The translations under genes and the position numbers were made by a program. Source: an uncultured Alphaproteobacteria bacterium (lineage in GTDB: Bacteria; Pseudomonadota; Alphaproteobacteria; Rhizobiales; Xanthobacteraceae). From it: a stretch of DNA of 64,000 nucleotides. The notes beneath the pieces are model-generated. The model did no database searches. It was not told the origin of the DNA and saw only the letters and a list, made by a program, of their open reading frames with translations. Below, in pieces: positions 55,706-64,000 of the stretch. Every line of letters starts with the position of its first letter. Position 1 is the stretch's first letter. The DNA lies in the NCBI GenBank assembly GCA_963820275.1, contig CAWFZL010000019.1, positions 522 to 64,521 of the forward strand. The letters are read 5' to 3'.

Positions 55706-57421
55706 ATGCAGGTCGTGACGACGGACGTCGCAGTGGTTGGAGGAGGTGCTGCCGGCTGCTACGCGGCGCTCAGTTTGAACAAGCGAGGTATCGAGCCCCT
55801 TATTATCTGCAAGGGGCTGGTTGGCAAGAGCGGCGCATCGCTGTTTGCGGGCAATCTGGTAATCTCAGGCCGGGCGCTCGGCAACAGCGAGGAGAACGCC
55901 CGCAACACCGCCGAATTCCTCGTCAAGTATCACAACCAATTCCTGATTGATCAAAACTGGGCGCGGCGATGCGGACAGTGGATCGAGAACGTGTACTATC
56001 CGGAGCTAGAGGAAGCAGGCCTCTACCTTCGCCGTAACGATTCCGGCGAGGTCGTCACCAGTCCCGGTAAGATCCGCAGCATCGCTGCCAATGTTCAGGG
56101 CAATTCGGGCGTGCCGTTCATGGACCTGCGCCGGAAGCAAGTGATCAAGGCCGGCATCGCGCGAATGGAAGAGACGGTCGCAACCTCTCTCCTGCAAAAC
56201 CCGGATGGTTCGGTCGGAGGCGTTTACTGCCTGAACTACATGACCGGCGAATACACCGCCGTGATCGCGCGCGCAGTCATACTGGCGACCGGCTATTCGG
56301 ATCGCCTGCACACGCGCTCCACGGGCACGAGGGAGATGTCAGGAGACGGCGTCGCACTGGCCTGGCGCGCCGGAGCGGCCCTGCTCAACATGGAAATGCA
56401 GTGGTGGCACACCAACGACATGGCATACCCGTCGAGCTGGCAGCGGATGCAGATCTATCCGAATCCGATGCTCGGTTCGGAAAAGTCGGCACGCATGGTC
56501 AACGCGGCGGGCGAGGAATTCTTCAATCAGCAGCAGGACGACCCGCTGGCTTTCGGCCCCTATACCGTTCAGTTGAAGGCGCTGGTCAAACAGGTTCGCG
56601 CCGGCAAGGCCCGTTACGAGGGCGGCTACTTTGCCGGGTTCGATAATTGCGATCCGGCCGAAGTCGAAACTTACACGACCTACGGCAAGACGTTTCGGCA
56701 GCTCGGACTGCCGTTTCCGGCCCACTTGGCCGAGACCGCGGTTTCGGCACATTACCGGCAGGGCGGGATCGACGTCGACACTGCGACCATGTGCTCATCT
56801 GTTCCCGGGCTTTACGCCGCGGGCGGCGTGGGCGGTCACAGCAACGGCTTGATTGGCCTTGCAACCTATGACGGCCATGTGGTTGCCGAAGGCGTCGCGC
56901 GGGGTATTGCGGCGTCGAAGCCGATCTCGATTCCGCAATCGGAGATTGAAGCGGAAGGCCGCAGGCTCGATCGATTGCGCAGCTCTTCCGGCGATGGGCC
57001 CACACCGGGCAGCGTGAAGGAGCGCATTCGGGCGGTGATGTGGGAAAAAGCCGGTGTCGAGAAGAACGCATCCGGCCTGCGATCGGCGCTCGATGACATC
57101 GAACAAATCCGCGTCGAGCTTCTGCCCGGCATGAAAATTCGCAACGCCGGAAAAACCGCGAACTACGAATGGCTGGATGCGATCGACGTGATGAACATGA
57201 TCGATGTCTGCGAACTCGTGATCCACTCGTCGCTTGAGCGAAAGGAGAGCCGTGGACCGTTCATCCGACGGGATTTCCCGCTCACCGACAACGACAATTG
57301 GCTCGCCGCGAATGTCCTGATTAAATCCGGCAACGGCCTGCGTTTTGAACGGCGGGCTTACGACCTGCCGCTGTTTACGCCGAGCTTTTCCACCAAAGAC
57401 AATCTTGAGGTCGCCTGGTGA
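55706..57421 (+). CDS. FAD flavoprotein of the succinate dehydrogenase / fumarate reductase / AprA superfamily
   Basis: 571 aa. It has the dinucleotide fold DVAVVGGGAAGCYAAL, the family blocks ILATGY and GLYAAGGVGGHSNGL, and a C-terminal helical domain ESRGPFIRRDFP. The His used for covalent FAD attachment in classical SdhA is not evident (KSGASLFAGN). Confidence 0.85.
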   Translation: MQVVTTDVAVVGGGAAGCYAALSLNKRGIEPLIICKGLVGKSGASLFAGNLVISGRALGNSEENARNTAEFLVKYHNQFLIDQNWARRCGQWIENVYYPELEEAGLYLRRNDSGEVVTSPGKIRSIAANVQGNSGVPFMDLRRKQVIKAGIARMEETVATSLLQNPDGSVGGVYCLNYMTGEYTAVIARAVILATGYSDRLHTRSTGTREMSGDGVALAWRAGAALLNMEMQWWHTNDMAYPSSWQRMQIYPNPMLGSEKSARMVNAAGEEFFNQQQDDPLAFGPYTVQLKALVKQVRAGKARYEGGYFAGFDNCDPAEVETYTTYGKTFRQLGLPFPAHLAETAVSAHYRQGGIDVDTATMCSSVPGLYAAGGVGGHSNGLIGLATYDGHVVAEGVARGIAASKPISIPQSEIEAEGRRLDRLRSSSGDGPTPGSVKERIRAVMWEKAGVEKNASGLRSALDDIEQIRVELLPGMKIRNAGKTANYEWLDAIDVMNMIDVCELVIHSSLERKESRGPFIRRDFPLTDNDNWLAANVLIKSGNGLRFERRAYDLPLFTPSFSTKDNLEVAW

Positions 57422-58455
57422 TCTTTCCCGGTGACGATCCCCAGTCTGCTGTCGCGTCGATCGACGGTCGCCGGCTGGGACAGGCCGAACGACACGACAC
57501 TCTTGCCGCGCGCAATTCCCGCCTTACGCCGGGGGATTTGCTGTCCATCAAGGTCCGGCGGTCGGAGGCTCAAACGGACGATCAGACCTACCAGGAATTT
57601 CAGGTTCCGTACCAGAAATGGATGCGCGTGCTCGATGCCCTGAACTGGATCGCAGACGACGCGGCTCCTGACCTTGCATTTCGATGGTTCTGCGGCTCGA
57701 AGATGTGCGGGACGTGCGCGGTCCGTATGAACGGCCGCGAGGTGCTCGCGTGCTGGGAATCCGTCGAGCCGAGCATGGTGATCGAGCCGCTGCGCAATGT
57801 CCCGGTCATTCGCGATCTCGTCGTCGATCGAACGCGCTACGAGGAGAAGGTTGCAAGCCTAGAGCCGTGGATTGAGCGCCGTGAGCCGTACGGGGAGTTT
57901 CCCGAGCCGCTCACGCACAAACAGATGAAGGACGCTTCTAAAGCGCTCGACTGCATCAGTTGCATGTGTTGTTACTCGGCCTGTCCGGTCGTCGGGCTCG
58001 GCAATTTGACCGACTTCGCCGGCCCCGCGCCGCTCGTTCAGTTAGGCCAGACCGCACTCGATCCGCGTAACGATCCGGAGAAGGTCAGGCGATCGCTCGA
58101 GCTGACCGGAATTTTCAATTGCGTGTCCTGCTACAAATGCGAGGAGGTTTGCCCGGCGCATATCCCGATCGTGAGCAGAGTGATCGAGCCGCTGAAGGCA
58201 AAGGCGGCGAAACTCAATCCGGAAATGGCCAGGCATTCATTGATCTTGCGCGACATTGTCGCGAGCCGTGGCCGGGTTGATCCGGGTGCGCTGGTGCTGA
58301 GAGTTCAGGGGCTGCGCGCGCTTTCACATCTGTGGCGCATATTGCGGCTGCTCGTCCGCGGCAAAATCAACCCGATCAAGACGGTCCTCGGGACCAAAAC
58401 CGCCGCCGCGGAAGCCGCTGGCCGGCTTCTCGGCGAGAGATGGGAGAAGCCATGA
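57418..58455 (+). CDS. SdhB/FrdB-like iron-sulfur subunit
   Basis: A 2Fe-2S-type block (CGSKMCGTCAVRMNGREVLAC) and two 4Fe-4S-type blocks (CISCMCCYSACP, CVSCYKCEEVCP) are present. The GTG start overlaps the flavoprotein stop. An internal TTG near 57538 is also possible. Confidence 0.8.
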   Translation: MIFPGDDPQSAVASIDGRRLGQAERHDTLAARNSRLTPGDLLSIKVRRSEAQTDDQTYQEFQVPYQKWMRVLDALNWIADDAAPDLAFRWFCGSKMCGTCAVRMNGREVLACWESVEPSMVIEPLRNVPVIRDLVVDRTRYEEKVASLEPWIERREPYGEFPEPLTHKQMKDASKALDCISCMCCYSACPVVGLGNLTDFAGPAPLVQLGQTALDPRNDPEKVRRSLELTGIFNCVSCYKCEEVCPAHIPIVSRVIEPLKAKAAKLNPEMARHSLILRDIVASRGRVDPGALVLRVQGLRALSHLWRILRLLVRGKINPIKTVLGTKTAAAEAAGRLLGERWEKP

Positions 58456-59345
58456 AGTTCGCATATTATCCGGGTTGCTCGGCGCGCAGCACCTGCGCCG
58501 AACTCAACGATGCCACCCACCTCGTGGCATCCAGGCTCGGGCTCGATCTGTTGCAACTGGACTCGGCCACCTGCACCGGGGCTCGCGAATTGCGCGCGAT
58601 CGATCCGGCCGCTTTCTACACGCTCAACGTCCGGACCTTGGCTCTGGCGGAAAGCCATGGCCTGCCCCTGATGACGATTTGCAATACGTGCACGTTGAAT
58701 GTGCTGGACGCGCATGCGGCCTTTGTGAGCGATCGCGAACTCGCTTCCTCGGTGAATGCAAGACTTGCCGAGGACAATCTGCATTACAGCGGGCGCACGA
58801 AGATCAGCCACTTTCTCTGGGTCTTGTACGAGGATATCGGCGAACAGCGGCTGCGCCAGCAGGTGGTCAATCCGCTCGCCGGCCTCACGGTCGCTGCGTT
58901 TTACGGCTGCCATATTACCCGTCCACCTGACCGTTACGGGTTCGTGGATTCGAGAAATAATCGTGCGCTGGAACGGCTTGCCGAAATCCTCGGCTGCCAA
59001 CCAATCGAATACAGCGGCCGCACCGAATGCTGCGGATTTCACACTGCCGCCCACGACGAGAGAATCGCGATCAAGCTGACTGGGCAACACGTGCTCGCCG
59101 CAAAGACCGGAGGGGCGGCGACCATGGTCACGCCGTGCCCGCTGTGTCACACCGTCCTTGACAGCTTCCAATCCGAGATGGAAAGAGACATCAATCAGAA
59201 ACTGGACATGCCGGTTCTGCACCTTCCCCAGCTCGTGGGGCTGGCACTCGGGTTGTCGCCCGAGCAATTGAAAATCGACCGGCACATGGTGCCCGCAGGC
59301 GTGCTTGATCGTCATGCTGCGACTGCCCAAACCGCGCTCAAGTAA
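58452..59345 (+). CDS. HdrB-like CCG-domain protein (heterodisulfide reductase B / SdhE-type subunit)
   Basis: 297 aa counted from the ATG overlapping the previous stop (ATGA). The start MKFAYYPGCS and two Cys-rich CCG-type repeats (CNTC...; ECCG...PCPLCH) are present. Confidence 0.8.
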   Translation: MKFAYYPGCSARSTCAELNDATHLVASRLGLDLLQLDSATCTGARELRAIDPAAFYTLNVRTLALAESHGLPLMTICNTCTLNVLDAHAAFVSDRELASSVNARLAEDNLHYSGRTKISHFLWVLYEDIGEQRLRQQVVNPLAGLTVAAFYGCHITRPPDRYGFVDSRNNRALERLAEILGCQPIEYSGRTECCGFHTAAHDERIAIKLTGQHVLAAKTGGAATMVTPCPLCHTVLDSFQSEMERDINQKLDMPVLHLPQLVGLALGLSPEQLKIDRHMVPAGVLDRHAATAQTALK

Positions 59346-59498
59346 TGCCTGCGTCGAGAGCACGCGACGCCGTAGTTGTCGGGCCGACCGAAATCAGCGC
59401 ATTGCGGGCGCCGGCCGGTCATGGCCCTTGCATGGATCTACCGAAGGTCGGAAACTATCGCGGCGAGGGTGGCACTGTTGCCACGGTTGGCGGTGGTC

Positions 59499-60359
59499 AT
59501 GAAGGATACAGTACTTCTGCTGGCGATGAATGGGCTCATCTGGGGGCTGATCATTGCACTCATCGCGCTCGGTCTCTCGGTCATTTTCGGTCTGCTCGAC
59601 ATCATCAATATCGCCCACGGCGACTTCTTCATGGTCGGCACGGTACTGGCCTGGTTCAGCCTTACAGCGACTGGCAATTTCTGGATCGGCTTCATCGTTG
59701 CTCCCGTGCTCGGGTTTATCCTCGGGGCCATTATTCAGCGCCTCGTCATTCAGCCGATCCATGGCGTCGCGGCGCTATCGATTGTGGCGACCTTCGGCCT
59801 CTCCCTCATTCTTCAGGAAACCGTGCGGATCACATTCGGGGCGACGCCGCGTCGCATGCTGGCGCCGATCCAGGGGACCGTTCCGCTGTTCGGGGTCGAA
59901 TACGACATCTATCGGATATTCGCCGCTCTCGTTTCGCTGCTGGCGCTGGCCTCCTTCTTTCTGTTCTTGCAACACACCAAGCTCGGGATCTGGATGCGGG
60001 CCGTGCGGCATGACCGCGAAACTGCCGTTGCGATGGGTATCCCGGCGAAACGTGTCTATGTGCTGACGTTTGGTATCGGATTTGCGTTGGCCGCGTTCGG
60101 CGGAGCCGTTGCGGCGCCGATCACGACGGTGGATTTTCGCGGTGGCGTGGACGTGCTGCCATTCTGCTTCATGGCAGTCATCATCGGAGGACTAGGCAAC
60201 CTGTCCGGTACCGTGGCCGCGGCCGTTCTGCTCGCATTTCTCGAAGGCGTGATTCAGAGCGTAGCCGATCCGACCATCGCGCGAATTTCCTCGCTGGTGC
60301 TGATGAGCGCCGTGCTGTTGCTGCGGCCACAGGGCCTGTTCAAGGGATTTGCCAAATGA
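59499..60359 (+). CDS. branched-chain-amino-acid-type ABC permease (LivH-like)
   Basis: 286 aa counted from MKDTVLLLAMNGLIWGLIIALIALGLSVIFGLLDIINIAHGDFFMVG. The ORF is open from 59376. Confidence 0.88.
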   Translation: MKDTVLLLAMNGLIWGLIIALIALGLSVIFGLLDIINIAHGDFFMVGTVLAWFSLTATGNFWIGFIVAPVLGFILGAIIQRLVIQPIHGVAALSIVATFGLSLILQETVRITFGATPRRMLAPIQGTVPLFGVEYDIYRIFAALVSLLALASFFLFLQHTKLGIWMRAVRHDRETAVAMGIPAKRVYVLTFGIGFALAAFGGAVAAPITTVDFRGGVDVLPFCFMAVIIGGLGNLSGTVAAAVLLAFLEGVIQSVADPTIARISSLVLMSAVLLLRPQGLFKGFAK

Positions 60360-61372
60360 CCCGGCGATCCCTGCAGGTCGGCATGGCGGTCGGCGCCTCG
60401 ATGTTCATGATTGCAGTGCCTTGGCTGATCCCGGCACTTGTCGACACTTTCTGGGTCAGCGTGATCACGGAAATTTTGATCTGGTCGTTGTTTGCGAGCA
60501 GCGTCAACCTGTTGTTCGGTTACATCGGACTGCTGTCATTCGGGCAGGCGCTTTATTTTGGCTTCGGCATGTATGGCGTCGCACTCGGCATCGATCACCT
60601 CGGCCTTTCATTCTGGCAGGCGTTCGGGCTTGGAATTGTCTCGGCAATGGCGATGGCCTTGGTCTCGGGCATCTTTGCGGTCCGCCTGAGCTGGCATTAT
60701 TTCGCGATCATCACCGTGGTATTTTCGTTGATCTTCTATTTTATCGCCGTATCGATGAAGCCTTTGACCGGCGGCGACGACGGAATCAATTTCTCGCTGC
60801 CGCCGGTATTCAGGTTCGGCGGCAAGGCTTTTGGCCTCATCGATCCGACCTTCCAGTATTTCTTCGTCCTGACGGTCGTGGCGGCTTGTCTGTTTCTGAT
60901 GCACCGCGTGATCCATAGCCCGCTCGGCAAGGGGTTCCTGGCGATCCGCGACAACGACCTTCGCGCTTCGCTTATCGGTCTCAATGTCTATATGTTGCGA
61001 TTGATCGCCTTTGTGATGGCCGGCTTTCTGGCCGGCGTATCGGGTGCACTGTTCGCGTTCTTCGGCCGCTACGCCTCGGCCACCTATATGTTTTATCAAG
61101 TATCCGGCGAAGCCGTGGTTTGGACCATTGTCGGCGGGGCCGGCACGATATTCGGCCCGCTGGTCGGCACGGCATTGTTCATCGTGATCCGCGAAATCGT
61201 CTCAAGCCACTGGGAGCATCATTCTCTGATTGTCGGGCTGTTGGCGATTCTCGTTGTGATTTTCGCACCAAAGGGAATTGTCGGCCTCTGGAACGGATGG
61301 ATCGCCGGTCTAAATCAGCGCGATGCTACGGTGTCAGAATCGCCGCGGTTGACGTTGCAGGCCGAGCCATGA
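60356..61372 (+). CDS. branched-chain-amino-acid-type ABC permease (LivM-like)
   Basis: 338 aa with NLLFGYIGLLSFGQALYFGFGMY. The start overlaps the previous stop (ATGA). Confidence 0.88.
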   Translation: MTRRSLQVGMAVGASMFMIAVPWLIPALVDTFWVSVITEILIWSLFASSVNLLFGYIGLLSFGQALYFGFGMYGVALGIDHLGLSFWQAFGLGIVSAMAMALVSGIFAVRLSWHYFAIITVVFSLIFYFIAVSMKPLTGGDDGINFSLPPVFRFGGKAFGLIDPTFQYFFVLTVVAACLFLMHRVIHSPLGKGFLAIRDNDLRASLIGLNVYMLRLIAFVMAGFLAGVSGALFAFFGRYASATYMFYQVSGEAVVWTIVGGAGTIFGPLVGTALFIVIREIVSSHWEHHSLIVGLLAILVVIFAPKGIVGLWNGWIAGLNQRDATVSESPRLTLQAEP

Positions 61373-62148
61373 GCGAACCGGTTTTGCGAACCGAGAACTT
61401 GACCAAGCGGTTTGGCGGCCTGACCGCAGTCGACAATCTCAGCATCAATCTTTCCGGCGGCCGTATCAACGCTATCATCGGTCCAAACGGCGCGGGGAAA
61501 ACCACCTTCTTCAACCTGGTCACAGGTCTGCTCAGTCCGAGCAGCGGCCGAATTTTCTTTCGCGGTCGCGACATCACCGGCTTAAGGCCGCACGTGATCA
61601 GCCGGCTGGGGATCAAGCGCACGCTTCAGGTCAAGAGCGTATTTCCGGAATTGAGTGTCGCCGACAATCTCTGGATTACACGGCAAGCGCGCAACCGGTT
61701 CCTAAATCCATTCCGCGCGGCTGCGAGCGATCGGGAAGCAAAGGCGAAGGTCACGCACACGCTGGAGCAGATCGGCCTCGCCGATCTCGCCGCGCGACCG
61801 GCCGGCACGCTTTCCTATGGCGACGTCGCGATGCTCGAGATCGGGATGGCCGTCATTTCCGAACCGAGTCTGCTTTTGCTCGATGAGCCGACATGCGGCA
61901 TGAGCCCGGCGGAAACGGACCGCGCGGTCGCAAAGATCCGCGATCTGGCGCGGACCATCGAAATCGTCATCATCGAGCATGACATGGATGTCGTGTTCGG
62001 AATCGCCGACGAGATCACCGTTCTGGCGCAAGGAGCTATCCTCGCCAGCGGCAGTCCGGCGGACATCGTCGGCGACGAGCGCGTTCGCGAAGCCTATCTC
62101 GGTCGTCCCGAGGACGAAGATTTCATGGAGGAGGCGTCAGTTGCTTAG
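61369..62148 (+). CDS. ABC transporter ATP-binding protein (LivG-like)
   Basis: 259 aa counted from MSEPVLRTENLTKRFGGLTAV. It has Walker A (GPNGAGKTT), the signature LSYGD and Walker B (LLLLDEP). The ORF is open from 61120, and the ATGA overlap supports 61369 as the start. Confidence 0.9.
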   Translation: MSEPVLRTENLTKRFGGLTAVDNLSINLSGGRINAIIGPNGAGKTTFFNLVTGLLSPSSGRIFFRGRDITGLRPHVISRLGIKRTLQVKSVFPELSVADNLWITRQARNRFLNPFRAAASDREAKAKVTHTLEQIGLADLAARPAGTLSYGDVAMLEIGMAVISEPSLLLLDEPTCGMSPAETDRAVAKIRDLARTIEIVIIEHDMDVVFGIADEITVLAQGAILASGSPADIVGDERVREAYLGRPEDEDFMEEASVA

Positions 62149-62839
62149 TCTTCAAGATGTTCATGTCCATATCGGCAAGCTACACATTCTCCAGGGTGTC
62201 AATATCGAGGTGAAACCCGGAGAATCCGCTGCGTTGCTTGGACGCAACGGCGTCGGCAAGACGACGACGCTGCGCGCGATCATGGGATTGGTGTCAAAGA
62301 GTTGTGGCGCGATCAAGTTCGACGAATTCGATCTTTCGAAGTGCCCTGCACATCTGATCGCAGGGAAAGGAATCGGTTACGTCCCCCAGGGTCGCGGCAT
62401 TTTTCCGAATCTTTCGGTGCTCGAGAATCTGAATATCGGTGTCACCGGCAGGCGCGATCTCGAACGCGAGGACTATGTCTTCACCTGCTTTCCCAGGCTC
62501 AGGGAACGGCTGAAGCAAGCCGGCAACACGCTCTCGGGTGGCGAACAGCAGATGCTGGCGATCGCGCGCTGCCTGATGATGCGTCCCAAGCTCATCATTC
62601 TCGACGAGCCGACAGAGGGGATCATGCCGCGGCTGGTATCGCAAATCAGGCGCGAGATCCATCGCATCAACCAGAGCGGCGTGTCGATCCTGCTGGTCGA
62701 GCAGAATGTCGAAACCGCTCTCAAGCTTTGTTCGCAGGTGTTTTTCATGGAAAAAGGCGCTATCGTCCATTCGGGTGCTTCCCATGAGCTCAAGAGCCAG
62801 CCCGAAATCGTGCACCGTTATCTTGGATTGTCCCAATAG
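62141..62839 (+). CDS. ABC transporter ATP-binding protein (LivF-like)
   Basis: 232 aa counted from TTG 62141 (GGAGGAGG upstream): LSLQDVHVHIGKLHILQG. It has Walker A (GRNGVGKTT), the signature LSGGEQQ and Walker B (LIILDEP). Confidence 0.88.
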   Translation: MLSLQDVHVHIGKLHILQGVNIEVKPGESAALLGRNGVGKTTTLRAIMGLVSKSCGAIKFDEFDLSKCPAHLIAGKGIGYVPQGRGIFPNLSVLENLNIGVTGRRDLEREDYVFTCFPRLRERLKQAGNTLSGGEQQMLAIARCLMMRPKLIILDEPTEGIMPRLVSQIRREIHRINQSGVSILLVEQNVETALKLCSQVFFMEKGAIVHSGASHELKSQPEIVHRYLGLSQ

Positions 62840-62867
62840 CTTTAGCGCTCGAATGGAGGATCTGATC

Positions 62868-64000
62868 ATGGCTAGGAAACTTTCGCGCCGCAGCTTTCTC
62901 GAATGCGCCCTCGGAGGCGGAGCCTTGGCCGGCACCGCCAATCTCGCGATCATGCACGATGCATTTGCCCAAGCCGCGGGCCCAATCGTCATCGGACATC
63001 ACTGCGACCTGACCGGCGCCATTTCGTCATGGGGCGTGTGGCACGACAAGGCGGCCAAGGCGGCGGTCGAACTCATCAATCAGGGAGGCGGGATCGCCGG
63101 GCGCAAGGTTGAACTGGCGACCGAGGATACGGAATCCAATCCCGCCAGCGGCGCGCGCAAGCTGCGCAACCTGATCCAGCGCACCAACGCCGAATTCATC
63201 GTCGGCTCGGTTCATTCCGGCGTGATGCTGGCGGCGATACCGATCGCAAGCGAGCTCAAGACGATCTACTTCTCCACCGGTGAGGCGACTGAAGCGACGG
63301 GGAGCAAGGGAACGCGCTTTTCGTTCCGCACCGGCACCGACACCTATTCGATTGCGGCCGCCAGTCTGCCATGGTGCGTCGAGAGCTTTGGCAAGGCATG
63401 GACGATCATTTACGCGGACTACGCGTGGGGGCAGAGCACTTCTCACGAATCTAAGGTCTATATCGAGCGCGCCGGCGGCAGGGTTCTTAACGCCATTCCC
63501 GTGCCGCTCGACGCCAAGGACTTTGTGCCCTACCTCGCGCAGATACCTGCCGATACCGAGGTGCTGTTGCCGGCCTTCATCGGCTCGCTGTCGGTCGCGT
63601 TCTATACCCAGGCCAAAAGCATGGGGCTCGACAAGAAAATGAAGATGTATTCGTCGTCGGCAAGTATCGAATCGATTGCGCCCGATGACATCAAGGGTGC
63701 TGCGGAGGGCGTCTATTTCTTCGAAAACTTTCCGCGCCAGCTCAAAGCCAAGGACGACGGCTTCCACAAGCAGTTCAACAAGCTCGTCGGCATCGACGAC
63801 GTCGATGCGCGCGAGATCGGCGGCAGCCGCGTCATGGACAAGAGCCACGGCTGGCAGGCATGGGAAGATATCTTTGCGCTCAAGCAGGCGATTGAGGCTT
63901 CCGGCTACAAGACGCGCAAGGACGTCGAGGGTGTCATTCAGGCGCTGGAAGGGATGCAAATGAAGAATTCGCTCGCCCATCCGCAGGGCGATAAGATCAT
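62868..64000 (+). CDS. ABC transporter periplasmic substrate-binding protein (Leu/Ile/Val-binding family), 3' end outside the window
   Basis: This frame is open from ATG 62868 (GGAGGA upstream) to the window end. It is absent from the supplied track because no stop is reached. It has a Tat-like signal (MARKLSRRSFLECALGGGALAG) followed by PIVIGHHCDLTGAISSWGVWHDKAAKAAVELINQGGGIAGRKVEL, which is typical of type I periplasmic binding proteins. Confidence 0.85.
   Translation, partial: MARKLSRRSFLECALGGGALAGTANLAIMHDAFAQAAGPIVIGHHCDLTGAISSWGVWHDKAAKAAVELINQGGGIAGRKVELATEDTESNPASGARKLRNLIQRTNAEFIVGSVHSGVMLAAIPIASELKTIYFSTGEATEATGSKGTRFSFRTGTDTYSIAAASLPWCVESFGKAWTIIYADYAWGQSTSHESKVYIERAGGRVLNAIPVPLDAKDFVPYLAQIPADTEVLLPAFIGSLSVAFYTQAKSMGLDKKMKMYSSSASIESIAPDDIKGAAEGVYFFENFPRQLKAKDDGFHKQFNKLVGIDDVDAREIGGSRVMDKSHGWQAWEDIFALKQAIEASGYKTRKDVEGVIQALEGMQMKNSLAHPQGDKI

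Noticed and set aside
1-64000. Search for tRNA, rRNA, tmRNA, CRISPR arrays or long tandem repeats.
   Set aside because: I noticed no T-loop/acceptor-stem candidates that fold, no rRNA-like stretches, and no regularly spaced direct repeats. The only exceptions are the 3 x 13-bp array at 4647-4685 and the dispersed 110-bp family.

Overview
High-GC alphaproteobacterial chromosomal segment. The gene content, a porin ending in GVRFRF and a dispersed ~110-bp repeat suggest Bradyrhizobium or a relative, but this is inference only. I found no rRNA, tRNA or CRISPR array. I call about 55 intact protein genes, and coding density is high.

Main blocks:
(1) 1-3.3 kb: two decayed genes, with an IS5-family element inserted two codons before the stop of one.
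(2) 3.9-16.3 kb: a GntR regulator diverging from an 11-gene co-directional, tightly coupled cluster. It encodes a TRAP transporter, an acyl-CoA ligase, an AEC permease, an oxalyl-CoA-decarboxylase/2-hydroxyacyl-CoA-lyase-like ThDP enzyme, an SDR, a two-domain hydrolase, a mini PhaE-like protein, a class III PhaC and a GNAT.
(3) 17.4-24.3 kb: housekeeping-type genes (acyl-CoA synthetase, hydrolase, metY, a two-subunit molybdo-hydroxylase).
(4) 24.4-28 kb: an accessory stretch with an internally deleted IS110 remnant, a nonsense-mutated DUF4242 gene and orphan small ORFs.
(5) 28-31.9 kb: a rocD / tryptophan 2,3-dioxygenase / kynureninase-like operon with a strong terminator.
(6) 31.9-35.8 kb: an orphan ku gene, small conserved genes and a phasin, several preceded by ECF-type GGAAC motifs, plus a small His-rich secretory gene broken across two reading frames.
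(7) kup, followed by a compact (class C-like) group II intron carrying an RT/maturase.
(8) 40.1-44.9 kb: a ThDP enzyme and two FAD-linked oxidases.
(9) 45-53 kb: an MFS transporter, a porin, gene remnants, and an IS1182-family element inserted into one copy of the dispersed repeat.
(10) 53-55.4 kb: an OhrR-like MarR regulator diverging from exported ABM and cupin genes plus a GST.
(11) 55.7-64 kb: an anchor-less Sdh/Frd-like flavoprotein, an Fe-S subunit and an HdrB-like CCG subunit, fused to a five-gene Liv-type ABC importer.

Most interesting for follow-up are blocks 2 and 11, the intron, the repeat family and the ECF-motif neighbourhood. All functional calls come from motif and family recognition by eye; no searches were run.
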